A stretch of 64,000 bases of DNA from Bacilli bacterium (GTDB lineage Bacteria > Bacillota_I > Bacilli_A > ML615J-28 > CAG-313): NCBI GenBank assembly GCA_017463365.1, contig JAFTPH010000052.1, forward strand, positions 3,276 through 67,275, written 5' to 3'. The number at the start of each line of letters is the position of its first letter. Position 1 is the first letter of the stretch. The position numbers and the translations under genes were made by a program. The notes beneath the pieces are model-generated. The model did not search any database. It was not told the DNA's origin and saw nothing but the letters and a program-made list of their open reading frames with translations. Shown in pieces: positions 20,316 through 28,694 of the stretch.

Positions 20316-20379
20316 TTTTAAACACCTCCTTGTTTTTTATTTTTTTGTTTGGTTTAAATTCTATGAGTTCTTCAATCAT
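20308..20379 (-). CDS. candidate 23-codon leader ORF (MIEELIEFKPNKKIKNKEVFKNE) overlapping the start of the giant gene
   Basis: ATG with a GGAGGT RBS 6 nt upstream. Its TAG stop overlaps codons 2-3 of the giant ORF. The RBS of the giant gene lies inside this ORF. Confidence 0.3.
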   Translation of the reverse strand: MIEELIEFKPNKKIKNKEVFKNE

Positions 20380-20821
20380 ATTTTTACCTCCATTTTCTAT
20401 AAAAGTATACTTTTATAAACACATAAAATATACTATTTTTATTTCGAAATACCTATAAAATATACTTCTTTTTGATATTTCAAAATAGTATACTTTTGTA
20501 TATCATACTTATTATATCATTTCAAGATTTTAGATGCAAATGTAAAACTCATCAAATTGCAAAAAATGTCGAAAAAGAAAATGTTAAATTTTATTTTAAT
20601 TAAAATTTAACATTAATTTTAGAAAATTTTTATATAGTTTTTTTGGCAATTTTTTCCTATTTATTTTTTAGTTTTATATAATAAATATTTAAAAATAATT
20701 AGATTGATTATTTTATGGGCAAAACTATAAAATTGCTTGTGATTTATATAATTTAAAAAAGATATTTTTAATTTTTTATGAATTTTATAATAGTACAATT
20801 ATTATTTAATATAGAAAATAA

Positions 20822-21835
20822 TTATTTTATTTTCCAATATCCAGTTTTATCTGAACCTACTCTTTCTATTAGTTTGTTTTCCGCTAAATATTTAATATTT
20901 CTTCTCACTGTCTCTTCTGATTTATTTATTTCTTTTGAAATTAATGCATATGTGATATTTGGATTTTTAACTATAATGTCATAAATTTGTTGTTGGGTTT
21001 TATTTAATTTTACACCCACATTTACACCCACATTTACACCCACATTTTCTTGTGAATTTTGTACTTCTTCTCCAATAATATATGCAAAAGGTATTTTTAC
21101 TTTAATAAAATTATCTAAGAATTCGAATACTTCTTTTCCATATTTATCTACTACTAATGAAACACCATGACCAGTTTGTTCAATAAGTCCAAGTTGAATA
21201 AAAATTCTTGTAAGAACCTCATTAACTGGTTTACTAACTCCACTAAAGAAATCTTGTTTTGTAATACCACTTGCTAATCCACCAGTTGAAACAATTTCTA
21301 GGTGATCATCAAATATATAAACAGCAGGTGGAGTTCCATCCATCCAATCATTATGTAAACAAGCATTATACCAACTTTCTCTAAAAGCATCTGTATCAAA
21401 TAATTTTATATCTTTTCTAATGCCATTTTCAAATATGGTTTTTGTTGTATTGATTACATCAACGCAATAAGCATATGCTTGTTTCATTGAAACAATTAAA
21501 CATTTATATCCATATTCATTTCGATATTTAATATTACTTGCTTTTGTATATCCATCAAATACAACAACTTTTATTGATATATCGTTATCATCTGCCAATA
21601 AATTTGCCTGTAAATTGTACTTATAATCTTTAGTTAATAGTTTTAAATTATTTTCAAATGTTTCATCATTTACTGATAACCCTTTTTCTGTATATAACAT
21701 TTTTAAATACTGAAACTTTAGATTTTGTTCTCTAGCTTCAATATCAATTATTTTAGAATTTCTAGTCATATATTTATTAAAGTAATTTACAATTTGTTCT
21801 TCAGTCATTGATTTAGCAGTTGTACCTATTCTCAT
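20822..21835 (-). CDS. C-terminal part (HATPase_c-like + wHTH) of a second COG2865-type regulator paralog; probably a frameshift-split gene
   Basis: 337 aa homologous to the C-terminal two thirds of the 4336-5775 product (…IVSTGGL…GHGVSLV…). The C-terminal wHTH is NITYALISKEINKSEETVRRNIKYL. It contains a (VGVN)3 insertion encoded by a 12-bp tandem repeat. Confidence 0.5.
   Translation of the reverse strand: MRIGTTAKSMTEEQIVNYFNKYMTRNSKIIDIEAREQNLKFQYLKMLYTEKGLSVNDETFENNLKLLTKDYKYNLQANLLADDNDISIKVVVFDGYTKASNIKYRNEYGYKCLIVSMKQAYAYCVDVINTTKTIFENGIRKDIKLFDTDAFRESWYNACLHNDWMDGTPPAVYIFDDHLEIVSTGGLASGITKQDFFSGVSKPVNEVLTRIFIQLGLIEQTGHGVSLVVDKYGKEVFEFLDNFIKVKIPFAYIIGEEVQNSQENVGVNVGVNVGVKLNKTQQQIYDIIVKNPNITYALISKEINKSEETVRRNIKYLAENKLIERVGSDKTGYWKIK
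21013..21048. repeat. 12-bp tandem repeat CACCCACATTTA x3 inside a coding region (encodes VGVNVGVNVGVK on the minus strand)
   Basis: Read directly. Three in-frame copies, the last with one substitution. Confidence 0.9.
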
Positions 21836-21874
21836 ATAACATCCTAATGCACTTCTGCCATATTTCTTAATATA

Positions 21875-22171
21875 TTATAATGCATTACCTTTTTGTACAT
21901 CTATCTTTATGATCCATTTACCCTCATCAATAAATGCAGATGTAGTTACAAACTCTTGAGGATTAGGAAGTATTTTATCTGTGATTATATCAGATATTTT
22001 CTTCATTGATTCATCTAATTTGTTTGTTACTATTCCTACAATATTTCCATTATTTTCTACACCAATATAAATTGTACCATTATTTGTATTTAAAAAAGCT
22101 ACAATTTCTTTTTCTACTTTCTCATTTAATGTACCTTTTAATTCAATATCATGTGTTTCAGAAAAATTCAT
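21875..22171 (-). CDS. N-terminal Schlafen/AlbA_2 domain fragment of the same split COG2865 paralog
   Basis: 98 aa (…NTNNGTIYIGVENNGNIVGI…) matching the AlbA_2 core. It is separated from the 337-aa ORF by 40 bp in a different frame. Confidence 0.5.
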   Translation of the reverse strand: MNFSETHDIELKGTLNEKVEKEIVAFLNTNNGTIYIGVENNGNIVGIVTNKLDESMKKISDIITDKILPNPQEFVTTSAFIDEGKWIIKIDVQKGNAL

Positions 22172-22679
22172 AGTACACCTTCTTTCCTTTAATACTTAAA
22201 CCGGAAAATAAAAAAACGGAAACTAACTTTATAAAAGTGGCAATTGTTTAAATTGCTTTATTCTTTTATAAAATCAATTTCCGCGTAAAGTCTTTTGCGC
22301 AATCCCGATACCGGTAATCCGGAGTAGCAAATCATCAATATATATATTATCCCAAAAGACTAGATAATATATTTTAAAACTTGACTTTTTACTCTTATAT
22401 TATACCATTTTTTATGTGTTTTGTCTATAGTTTTTTTAGAATTTTTGTTGAGAAAATAATAAGAAATGAACTTTACTTATAAATAAAAAACTGCAAAAAT
22501 GCAGTTTACAATAGAAATTAAACTTCCACGAAGTTTATCCGACATTTTATAAAAATATAAAATCGCTTATTCAAAGCTTTGTGTCTATTAACACACACAT
22601 ATTATAAATTATTTCTAATCATATTACAAATAAAAAGATTAAAATTTTTATAACTTTCTCTTTCTTAGAGCTAATTAAT

Positions 22680-23051
22680 TTGCATAATTGTTATATGATA
22701 AATAAATGTTATAAAGAGCAAAATATTTCAGTTAATGAAAACGATATATTAAAATGGTTTAATCATCCAACTTATAATAGTCGATTATGGATTAAAATTG
22801 AAAAATCAGGGTTAATAATTGCTAGTGGTATTGCTGAATATGATTCAAAAATAAATGAAGGAATTTTAGAATGGTTACAAGTATTATCTAAATATCAAAA
22901 TAAAGGATTTGGAAAAATAATCATAAATTCATTGCTTATAGAACTAAAAAATTTAGGTTCGAAATTTACTACAGTCTCAGGTGATTTAGATAATAACACT
23001 AAACCAGAAAAACTATATAGAAGTTGCGGCTTTTCGGGTGATGATATTTAG
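22680..23051 (+). CDS. GNAT-family N-acetyltransferase (small)
   Basis: 123 aa with motif A (QNKGFGKI) and motif B (…KPEKLYRSCGF). The annotated start is TTG with no clear RBS, so the true start is uncertain (possibly the ATG at 22695). Confidence 0.5.
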   Translation: MHNCYMINKCYKEQNISVNENDILKWFNHPTYNSRLWIKIEKSGLIIASGIAEYDSKINEGILEWLQVLSKYQNKGFGKIIINSLLIELKNLGSKFTTVSGDLDNNTKPEKLYRSCGFSGDDI

Positions 23052-23097
23052 TATATTTGTGCTGATGATTAAAAAACACAAATTTAATAAAAAACTA

Positions 23098-23166
23098 TCA
23101 CAAATCTCTTAAACAAAATGCCACAAATCTCTTAAACAAAATACCACAAATCTCTTAAACAAAATA
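23098..23166. repeat. three tandem 23-bp direct repeats (C)CACAAATCTCTTAAACAAAAT(G/A) abutting the -35 of the downstream ATPase gene
   Basis: Read directly. A degenerate fourth copy (CACAAATTT) lies just upstream. A TTTACA-17-TATAAT promoter follows at 23168-23196. Confidence 0.85.
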
Positions 23167-23217
23167 CTTTACATTTATTTTATTATAATGTATAATACTA
23201 TTAGAAGAGGTGTTTTT

Positions 23218-24498
23218 ATGGATTATAAGAAAAGAATTACTGATGAACTTTTGAAAATCAAATTAGAGGCTTTTGGTGCAGCTTTAATTGTTGGTCCAAA
23301 AGGTTGTGGAAAGACAACAACTGCAAAACAAATTGCAAATACTGTAATTGAATTCGAAGATGAAGACAATAGAGAATCCTTATTAAAAGTTGCAGAAACA
23401 ATGCCATCAAAACTTTTAAAAGGAGAAAAACCAATTTTGTTTGATGAATGGCAAGATGCACCTAAAATTTGGGGGGCTATTAGAAAATCAATTGATGATA
23501 CAGGTGAAGTAGGCATGTATATATTAACTGGATCATCTTCACAAGAAGTAGATACACCTCACACTGGTACTATGCGCATTTCAAGATTAACTATGCTACC
23601 GATGAGTCTTTATGAGTCTAATGAATCAAATGGAGAAGTTTCATTAATCGATTTATTTAACAATCCTAGTTCTTTTGAAGGATGTATTTCAAACTTAACA
23701 ATAGATGATTTGATATTTGCAATATGCAGAGGTGGTTGGCCACGTTCGTTAAATTTGAAAAATGATAAAGCCAAATTAGAAATAGCTAAAGATTTATTTG
23801 TACAAACATATTCAGTTGATATAAACAAGATTTCTAATATAAAAAGAAATCCTCAAATTGCTCAAGCTATCCTAAGATCTTATGCTAGAAATATTTGTAC
23901 ACTTGCTGAAACAAAAACAATACATGGAGATGTGGCTGCTAATTATGATTTATCAGAACCTACTTATTATTCGTATTTAGAAGATTTAAGTAAATTATAT
24001 ATAATTGATGATATCGAACCATGGTGTCCTGCCATTAGATCAAAAACTGCTATTCGTTCATCGAAAAAAAGAAATATAATAGATCCATCTATTGCTGTTG
24101 CCGCAATGGGGATTTCACCAGAGTATTTTGATAGAGATTTTAAAACATTGGGTTTTTTATTTGAATCATTGTGTATAAGAGATTTAAAAATTTACTCTCA
24201 ATCATTTGACGGACGTGTCTCATATTATAGAGATAGATACGGATTAGAAGCAGATTGCGTATTGCATTTAAATGATGGTAGATATGCCTTAATTGAGTTT
24301 AAATTAGGAGAACATGAGATTGAAGTTGGGGCTAAACATCTTTGTGAAATTGAAACATTAATAACTCAATATAACGAATCTGAAAAACAGTGCAAATTAA
24401 GATTGCCAGATTTAAAAATAGTTATAACAGGAACTAAGTACGGATATAGAAGAGATGATGGCGTTTTAGTGATTCCCATCGGATGCTTGAAAAATTAA
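23218..24498 (+). CDS. AAA+ ATPase with DUF4143 domain (COG1373 family)
   Basis: Walker A GPKGCGKTT and Walker B ILFDEW. ~427 aa from the Met at 23218, which has a GAGGTG RBS. The upstream in-frame ATG at 23188 lacks an RBS. Confidence 0.75.
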   Translation: MDYKKRITDELLKIKLEAFGAALIVGPKGCGKTTTAKQIANTVIEFEDEDNRESLLKVAETMPSKLLKGEKPILFDEWQDAPKIWGAIRKSIDDTGEVGMYILTGSSSQEVDTPHTGTMRISRLTMLPMSLYESNESNGEVSLIDLFNNPSSFEGCISNLTIDDLIFAICRGGWPRSLNLKNDKAKLEIAKDLFVQTYSVDINKISNIKRNPQIAQAILRSYARNICTLAETKTIHGDVAANYDLSEPTYYSYLEDLSKLYIIDDIEPWCPAIRSKTAIRSSKKRNIIDPSIAVAAMGISPEYFDRDFKTLGFLFESLCIRDLKIYSQSFDGRVSYYRDRYGLEADCVLHLNDGRYALIEFKLGEHEIEVGAKHLCEIETLITQYNESEKQCKLRLPDLKIVITGTKYGYRRDDGVLVIPIGCLKN

Positions 24499-24852
24499 AT
24501 ATACTTTTAGTTGTATATGTTACATTAGGTTATTAAAACAAAAAGTTTAATTAATAGAAATAAGCATACAATACTATTGCATAACATTATTTTGTTTAAT
24601 TATCGACAAACGCTTATTAAAGTAATAAAATGATTATGTAAATATCTATGCTATTCATTTCTCGCAGACAGTATTGTAATAAGTAGCCGTGAATAACGGC
24701 TCTTTTTTCATAATTTGGGGGATTTATATGAAATTTTTAAGTAATAAGCACTATGGTGGTAATGTTGGACCTAAACGTGGAGTTATAATTGATGATAAAA
24801 ACTGACTTTTAAAGTTCCCACAAGAAACACCAACATTTGATAATGTTATTAT

Positions 24853-24884
24853 TGTCCGTGTACAATAGATAGTGTACACGGACA
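24853..24884. repeat. perfect 12-8-12 inverted repeat TGTCCGTGTACA-atagatag-TGTACACGGACA
   Basis: Read directly. About 27 nt upstream of a consensus -35. Candidate operator or hairpin terminator. Confidence 0.8.
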
Positions 24885-24910
24885 TATTTTCACATGTATA
24901 TTTTTTTTAC

Positions 24911-24939
24911 TTGAATTATTAAAAAAATCGTCGTATAAT
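24911..24939 (+). promoter_or_regulatory. consensus sigma-A promoter TTGAAT-17 nt-TATAAT for the 92-aa ORF
   Basis: Spacing and hexamers read directly. An AAAGGAG RBS follows. Confidence 0.5.
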
Positions 24940-24982
24940 ATACATGAGTTAAAAATAATATTATTTCGAAAGGAGCAATACG

Positions 24983-25261
24983 ATGGCTGAACAAACAAAA
25001 GCATATTTAAGCAATAACGGCGAGTACACTACTTTTACCTTCGGCGGGCGTACTCTCACTTTCCTTACAAGTAAAAGTCTTGAACGCTACACAAGTATTA
25101 AAAAATGGGATAATGGATTCCTTGTCGTTATGGCGAAATATTCAACTCGAGCAACAGAGGAAGAGGAATATATTGACCTCATTCCAATCCTTGAAAACCT
25201 TTATATGGACGCTGAATCGTTCTTAACTCCTATTAAACAGGTGGAGATACGTTATGTCTGA
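24983..25261 (+). CDS. hypothetical 92-aa protein with atypically high GC and codon usage (probable horizontally acquired gene)
   Basis: AAAGGAG RBS and ATG start. Codons such as GGC GGG CGT ACT CTC are rare elsewhere in the window. No family recognised. Confidence 0.5.
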   Translation: MAEQTKAYLSNNGEYTTFTFGGRTLTFLTSKSLERYTSIKKWDNGFLVVMAKYSTRATEEEEYIDLIPILENLYMDAESFLTPIKQVEIRYV

Positions 25262-25374
25262 AATCGAAATCAAGATTCAAAAGTTTATTAAGATCAATTA
25301 TCTTGAAATGTTTGAATAATGGTCAATGGATAGCAGCAAAGGTTTCTTCGATCAACAATAATTATATTTTTAAT

Positions 25375-25403
25375 GGTGGTTCAAATTTGAACCACCATTT
25401 TTA
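25375..25403 (+). terminator. rho-independent terminator GGTGGTTCAAATTTGAACCACC followed by ATTTTT
   Basis: Perfect 11-bp palindrome followed by a T-run, downstream of the 92-aa and 21-aa ORFs. Confidence 0.6.
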
Positions 25404-25506
25404 TAATTTGTGATAAATAAAAAAAGGAAGGGCCCCGAGGGACCCAAAAAGGAAATAGTTGAAAAATAGCACTCCTTACCTATATTATACTTTTTTATCT
25501 AGCAAT

Positions 25507-27252
25507 TTATTCTTTAAATTGATATTGGTATAGATTTGCGTATATACCATTTTGTTTAATTAGTTCTTCATGGTTACCTTTTTCAATGATTCCTTCATGA
25601 TTAATAACCATTATGATATCCGCATTTTTTACAGTTGATAAACGGTGAGCAACCACAATTGTTGTACGTCCAACACTTAGTTTTTCTAAAGCTGCTTGAA
25701 TTTGCATTTCCGTCATATTATCTAAAGCAGATGTTGCTTCATCTAAAATTAAGATTGGTGGATTTTTTAAGAAGGCTCTAGCTATAGAAATTCTTTGTTT
25801 TTGTCCTCCTGATAGTTTTACTCCTCGTTCTCCAACGTAGGTATCATAGCCATCTTCTAAGCTCATGATAAATTCATGAATATTGGCTTTTTTACAAGCT
25901 TCGATGATTTCATCATCTGTTGCTTCAAAATTACCATAAGCAATATTATCTTTAATTGTTCCCCCAAATAAGAATACATCTTGGGCCACCATACCAATTA
26001 GTTTTCTTAATGAGCTTCTTGTTAAGTTTTTAATGTCTACATCATCAATCGTAATTGAACCATTTAATACTTCATAGAATCTTGGAATTAAGTGACAAAT
26101 AGTTGTTTTACCACCACCTGATGGACCAACTAAAGCGACTGTTTTACCTTTTTCGATTTCAAATGAGATATTTGATAATACTAACTTTTCAGGATCAAAG
26201 TTTTTATATTCTGATGTTTTTACATCATATTTAAAATCAACATTGTTGAATTTAATGTTTTTATTAAATTCTTTAATTTCAATTGCATCTTCAATTTCTG
26301 CTTCAGCCGGTGTATTAATAATTTCTTGGAATCTTGAAAAACCAGTCATCCCGTTTTGAATTTGTTCGTATATTGCGACCAAAGTTCTGATTGGAGAAAT
26401 AATCATTGTTACATATAGAATATACGCTGTAAAATCCCCAATGTTAATTCGTTCATAGAAATAGAATAATCCTCCGGCAACTAACGCAACAAGATATAAG
26501 AAATCCATAAAGAATTGCATACCAGAACCAAATAGTCCCATTTCCTTATAAGCTTTACCTCTTGCTGTTTTGAATTCTTCATTACGTTTTTCAAATAAAC
26601 CAATTTCATGATCAGAGGCTGTATATGCTTTAGCAACTCTAATTCCTGAAACACTACTTTCAACTTGGGAGTTGATTTTTCCCGTTTCTTCTCTCATTTG
26701 TTTGAAAGCTGAACGCATCTTCTTTCTTCTAAACATTGCGTACACTACCACAAATGGAATAATCGCAAAAATAATTAAAGTTAACCATGGATCAATGGAT
26801 ATAGCCATTAATACCCCTGAACCAATCAAGGTAATTAAAGATAAGAATATATCTTCTGGTCCATGATGAGCAAGTTCAGCAATATCCATTAAGTCATTAA
26901 TTAATCTTGACATAATGGTTCCAGTTTTATTTTCATCAAAATAGCTAAATGGTAGTTTTTCTAGATGTGCAAATAATTCTTTACGCATATCTCCTTGAAT
27001 ATATACTCCCACCATATGTCCCCAATATTGAATAATAAAGTTTAAAATACATTTAAGAATATATATCGCAAGTAGTGCTACTGCTGCAATAATTAAAGCT
27101 TGTAAATTTTTATTTGGTACAAAATCGTTAATAATACTTCTTGTAAGCGTCGGATATACTAAATTACATATTGCTACAAGAAGGGCACAAAACATATCTA
27201 AAATAAATAATTTCATATGTGGTTTATAATAAGAACAAAACTTTTTAAACAT
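25507..27252 (-). CDS. ABC transporter, fused permease/ATP-binding protein (MsbA-like exporter)
   Basis: N-terminal 6-TM domain. C-terminal NBD with Walker A GPSGGGKTT, signature LSGGQKQR and Walker B ILILDEATSALD. The ATG at 27252 (MFKKF…) has a GAGGTG RBS. The track start at 27261 is a GTG. Confidence 0.85.
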   Translation of the reverse strand: MFKKFCSYYKPHMKLFILDMFCALLVAICNLVYPTLTRSIINDFVPNKNLQALIIAAVALLAIYILKCILNFIIQYWGHMVGVYIQGDMRKELFAHLEKLPFSYFDENKTGTIMSRLINDLMDIAELAHHGPEDIFLSLITLIGSGVLMAISIDPWLTLIIFAIIPFVVVYAMFRRKKMRSAFKQMREETGKINSQVESSVSGIRVAKAYTASDHEIGLFEKRNEEFKTARGKAYKEMGLFGSGMQFFMDFLYLVALVAGGLFYFYERINIGDFTAYILYVTMIISPIRTLVAIYEQIQNGMTGFSRFQEIINTPAEAEIEDAIEIKEFNKNIKFNNVDFKYDVKTSEYKNFDPEKLVLSNISFEIEKGKTVALVGPSGGGKTTICHLIPRFYEVLNGSITIDDVDIKNLTRSSLRKLIGMVAQDVFLFGGTIKDNIAYGNFEATDDEIIEACKKANIHEFIMSLEDGYDTYVGERGVKLSGGQKQRISIARAFLKNPPILILDEATSALDNMTEMQIQAALEKLSVGRTTIVVAHRLSTVKNADIIMVINHEGIIEKGNHEELIKQNGIYANLYQYQFKE

Positions 27253-27559
27253 CTTTTTCACCTCATGAATATAATTATACCAAAATTAAGCAGTTTTTTA
27301 TATTTTTTTGCATTTTAATATTTTTTAAATGTACAAATAGTTTTTTATTTTTCAGTTATAAAATTATGTTGAAAAAAGTGTATTTTATTGTTGATAAAAT
27401 ACACTTTTTCTAACATATTATTTATGTTTTTTATATTTAAAATAATTACAAAAATTTTTCGGTACTTAAATTAACGTCATTTTTTATAATATAAATTATT
27501 AAGAAAAGCAATATAGACTTTTTGTCTATATTGCTTTTTATTACTTGTTTTTATATTTA

Positions 27560-28120
27560 TTAGAATACCCCATATGCTATGATACCAAGTACTGCTGATA
27601 CTAATATTAGGATAATTGGATTTAGTTTCTTTTTGAAGATTAGTTTTAATCCTACAAGAATTACTAAAATTATTAATGCTTTATAATCAAATACAATGTT
27701 TGTATCGACTGTTTTAAATAATTCTTTTAGTAATAATTCAATAGCTATAAAGAAAATCATCCCACAAACTACAGCTTTGATACCATTCATTGCTGCTTGA
27801 ACATATTTGTTTGAAATAAATTTTTCATATATTTTGAAAATAGCAATAATTATAACAATTGATGGGGTAATTACTCCAAGAGTTGTAAAAATACCACCAA
27901 TAATTCCCGCTTGTGATACTCCTACAAAGGTTGCCATGTTTATCGCAAATGGTCCAGGTGTTGATTCACTAATGGCTAAAAAGTTTACAAGTTCTGTTTC
28001 TGTTAACCAGCCTCTTGAAATTACTTCACTTTCAATCATTGGGATCATAGCGTATCCCCCACCAATAGTGAATAAACCAATTTTTAAGAAAGTCCAGAAA
28101 AGTTCTAATAGTTTAAGCAT
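27560..28120 (-). CDS. chromate transporter (ChrA) family protein, second half-size gene of a pair
   Basis: About 186 aa, polytopic membrane protein with a …GGGYAMIPMI… motif. The ATG at 28120 overlaps the upstream gene stop by 8 nt. Confidence 0.7.
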   Translation of the reverse strand: MLKLLELFWTFLKIGLFTIGGGYAMIPMIESEVISRGWLTETELVNFLAISESTPGPFAINMATFVGVSQAGIIGGIFTTLGVITPSIVIIIAIFKIYEKFISNKYVQAAMNGIKAVVCGMIFFIAIELLLKELFKTVDTNIVFDYKALIILVILVGLKLIFKKKLNPIILILVSAVLGIIAYGVF

Positions 28121-28688
28121 TATTATCACCTTCTACTTTCTTATTTGTTTTGAAACTAATTAGATTAATGATTAATCCAACTACTCCTCCACCAATAATA
28201 ATATATATTGTTGATAAATTTGGTAAAAGCAACATTATTAACATTGCTAAAGCAAGTAAGACATATGTATACCAGTATTTTTTATTACCTTTAAAGATTT
28301 TAACAGCAGCTAAAAATATTAATAATCCTACTGCACATCTTATTCCCATAAATGCATAGTTAACATATTCTAAGGCTAAAAACTCATCAACAAAGAAAGA
28401 AATTACCGTAATAATAACTAAAGATGGAAAAACTAAAGAAAGGGTTGACATAATAGCTCCTGCGAATTTTCCAACTTTATATCCAACAAAGGTTGCCGTG
28501 TTTACCGCAATTGGTCCTGGTGTAGATTCTGCAATCGCAATCAAATCAGTCATTTCTTCTGGTTTTAACCAACCATATTTTTCTACTACTTCTCTTTCAA
28601 TAATTGGAAGCATTGCTAGTCCCCCACCAAAGGTAAATAGACCAACTTTAAAGAATGTTTTCATTAAAATCCATATATTTTTCATCAT
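28113..28688 (-). CDS. chromate transporter (ChrA) family protein, first half-size gene of a pair
   Basis: 191 aa with a …GGGLAMLPII… motif, paralogous to the adjacent half. Confidence 0.7.
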   Translation of the reverse strand: MMKNIWILMKTFFKVGLFTFGGGLAMLPIIEREVVEKYGWLKPEEMTDLIAIAESTPGPIAVNTATFVGYKVGKFAGAIMSTLSLVFPSLVIITVISFFVDEFLALEYVNYAFMGIRCAVGLLIFLAAVKIFKGNKKYWYTYVLLALAMLIMLLLPNLSTIYIIIGGGVVGLIINLISFKTNKKVEGDNNA

Positions 28689-28694
28689 AATTCT

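Noticed and set aside
22680-23051. GNAT gene as the toxin of a GNAT/RHH toxin-antitoxin pair
   Set aside because: No small upstream or downstream partner ORF with an RBS. The 123-aa protein is shorter than typical TacT/AtaT toxins. Treated as a stand-alone acetyltransferase.
23223-23828. Three minus-strand ORFs (97, 67 and 72 aa)
   Set aside because: All are antisense within the DUF4143 ATPase gene, with no start context. Spurious.
26481-26866. Short ORFs on both strands
   Set aside because: Embedded in or antisense to the ABC transporter gene. Spurious. The same applies to 27807-28163, 28150-28359, 28498-28698, 30535-30822, 33481-33870, 35126-35320, 36317-36514, 44340-44585, 45290-45583, 46652-46891, 48291-48898, 50626-51142, 51717-51986, 53564-53755, 54330-54548, 60140-60648, 61548-61799 and 62839-63414.
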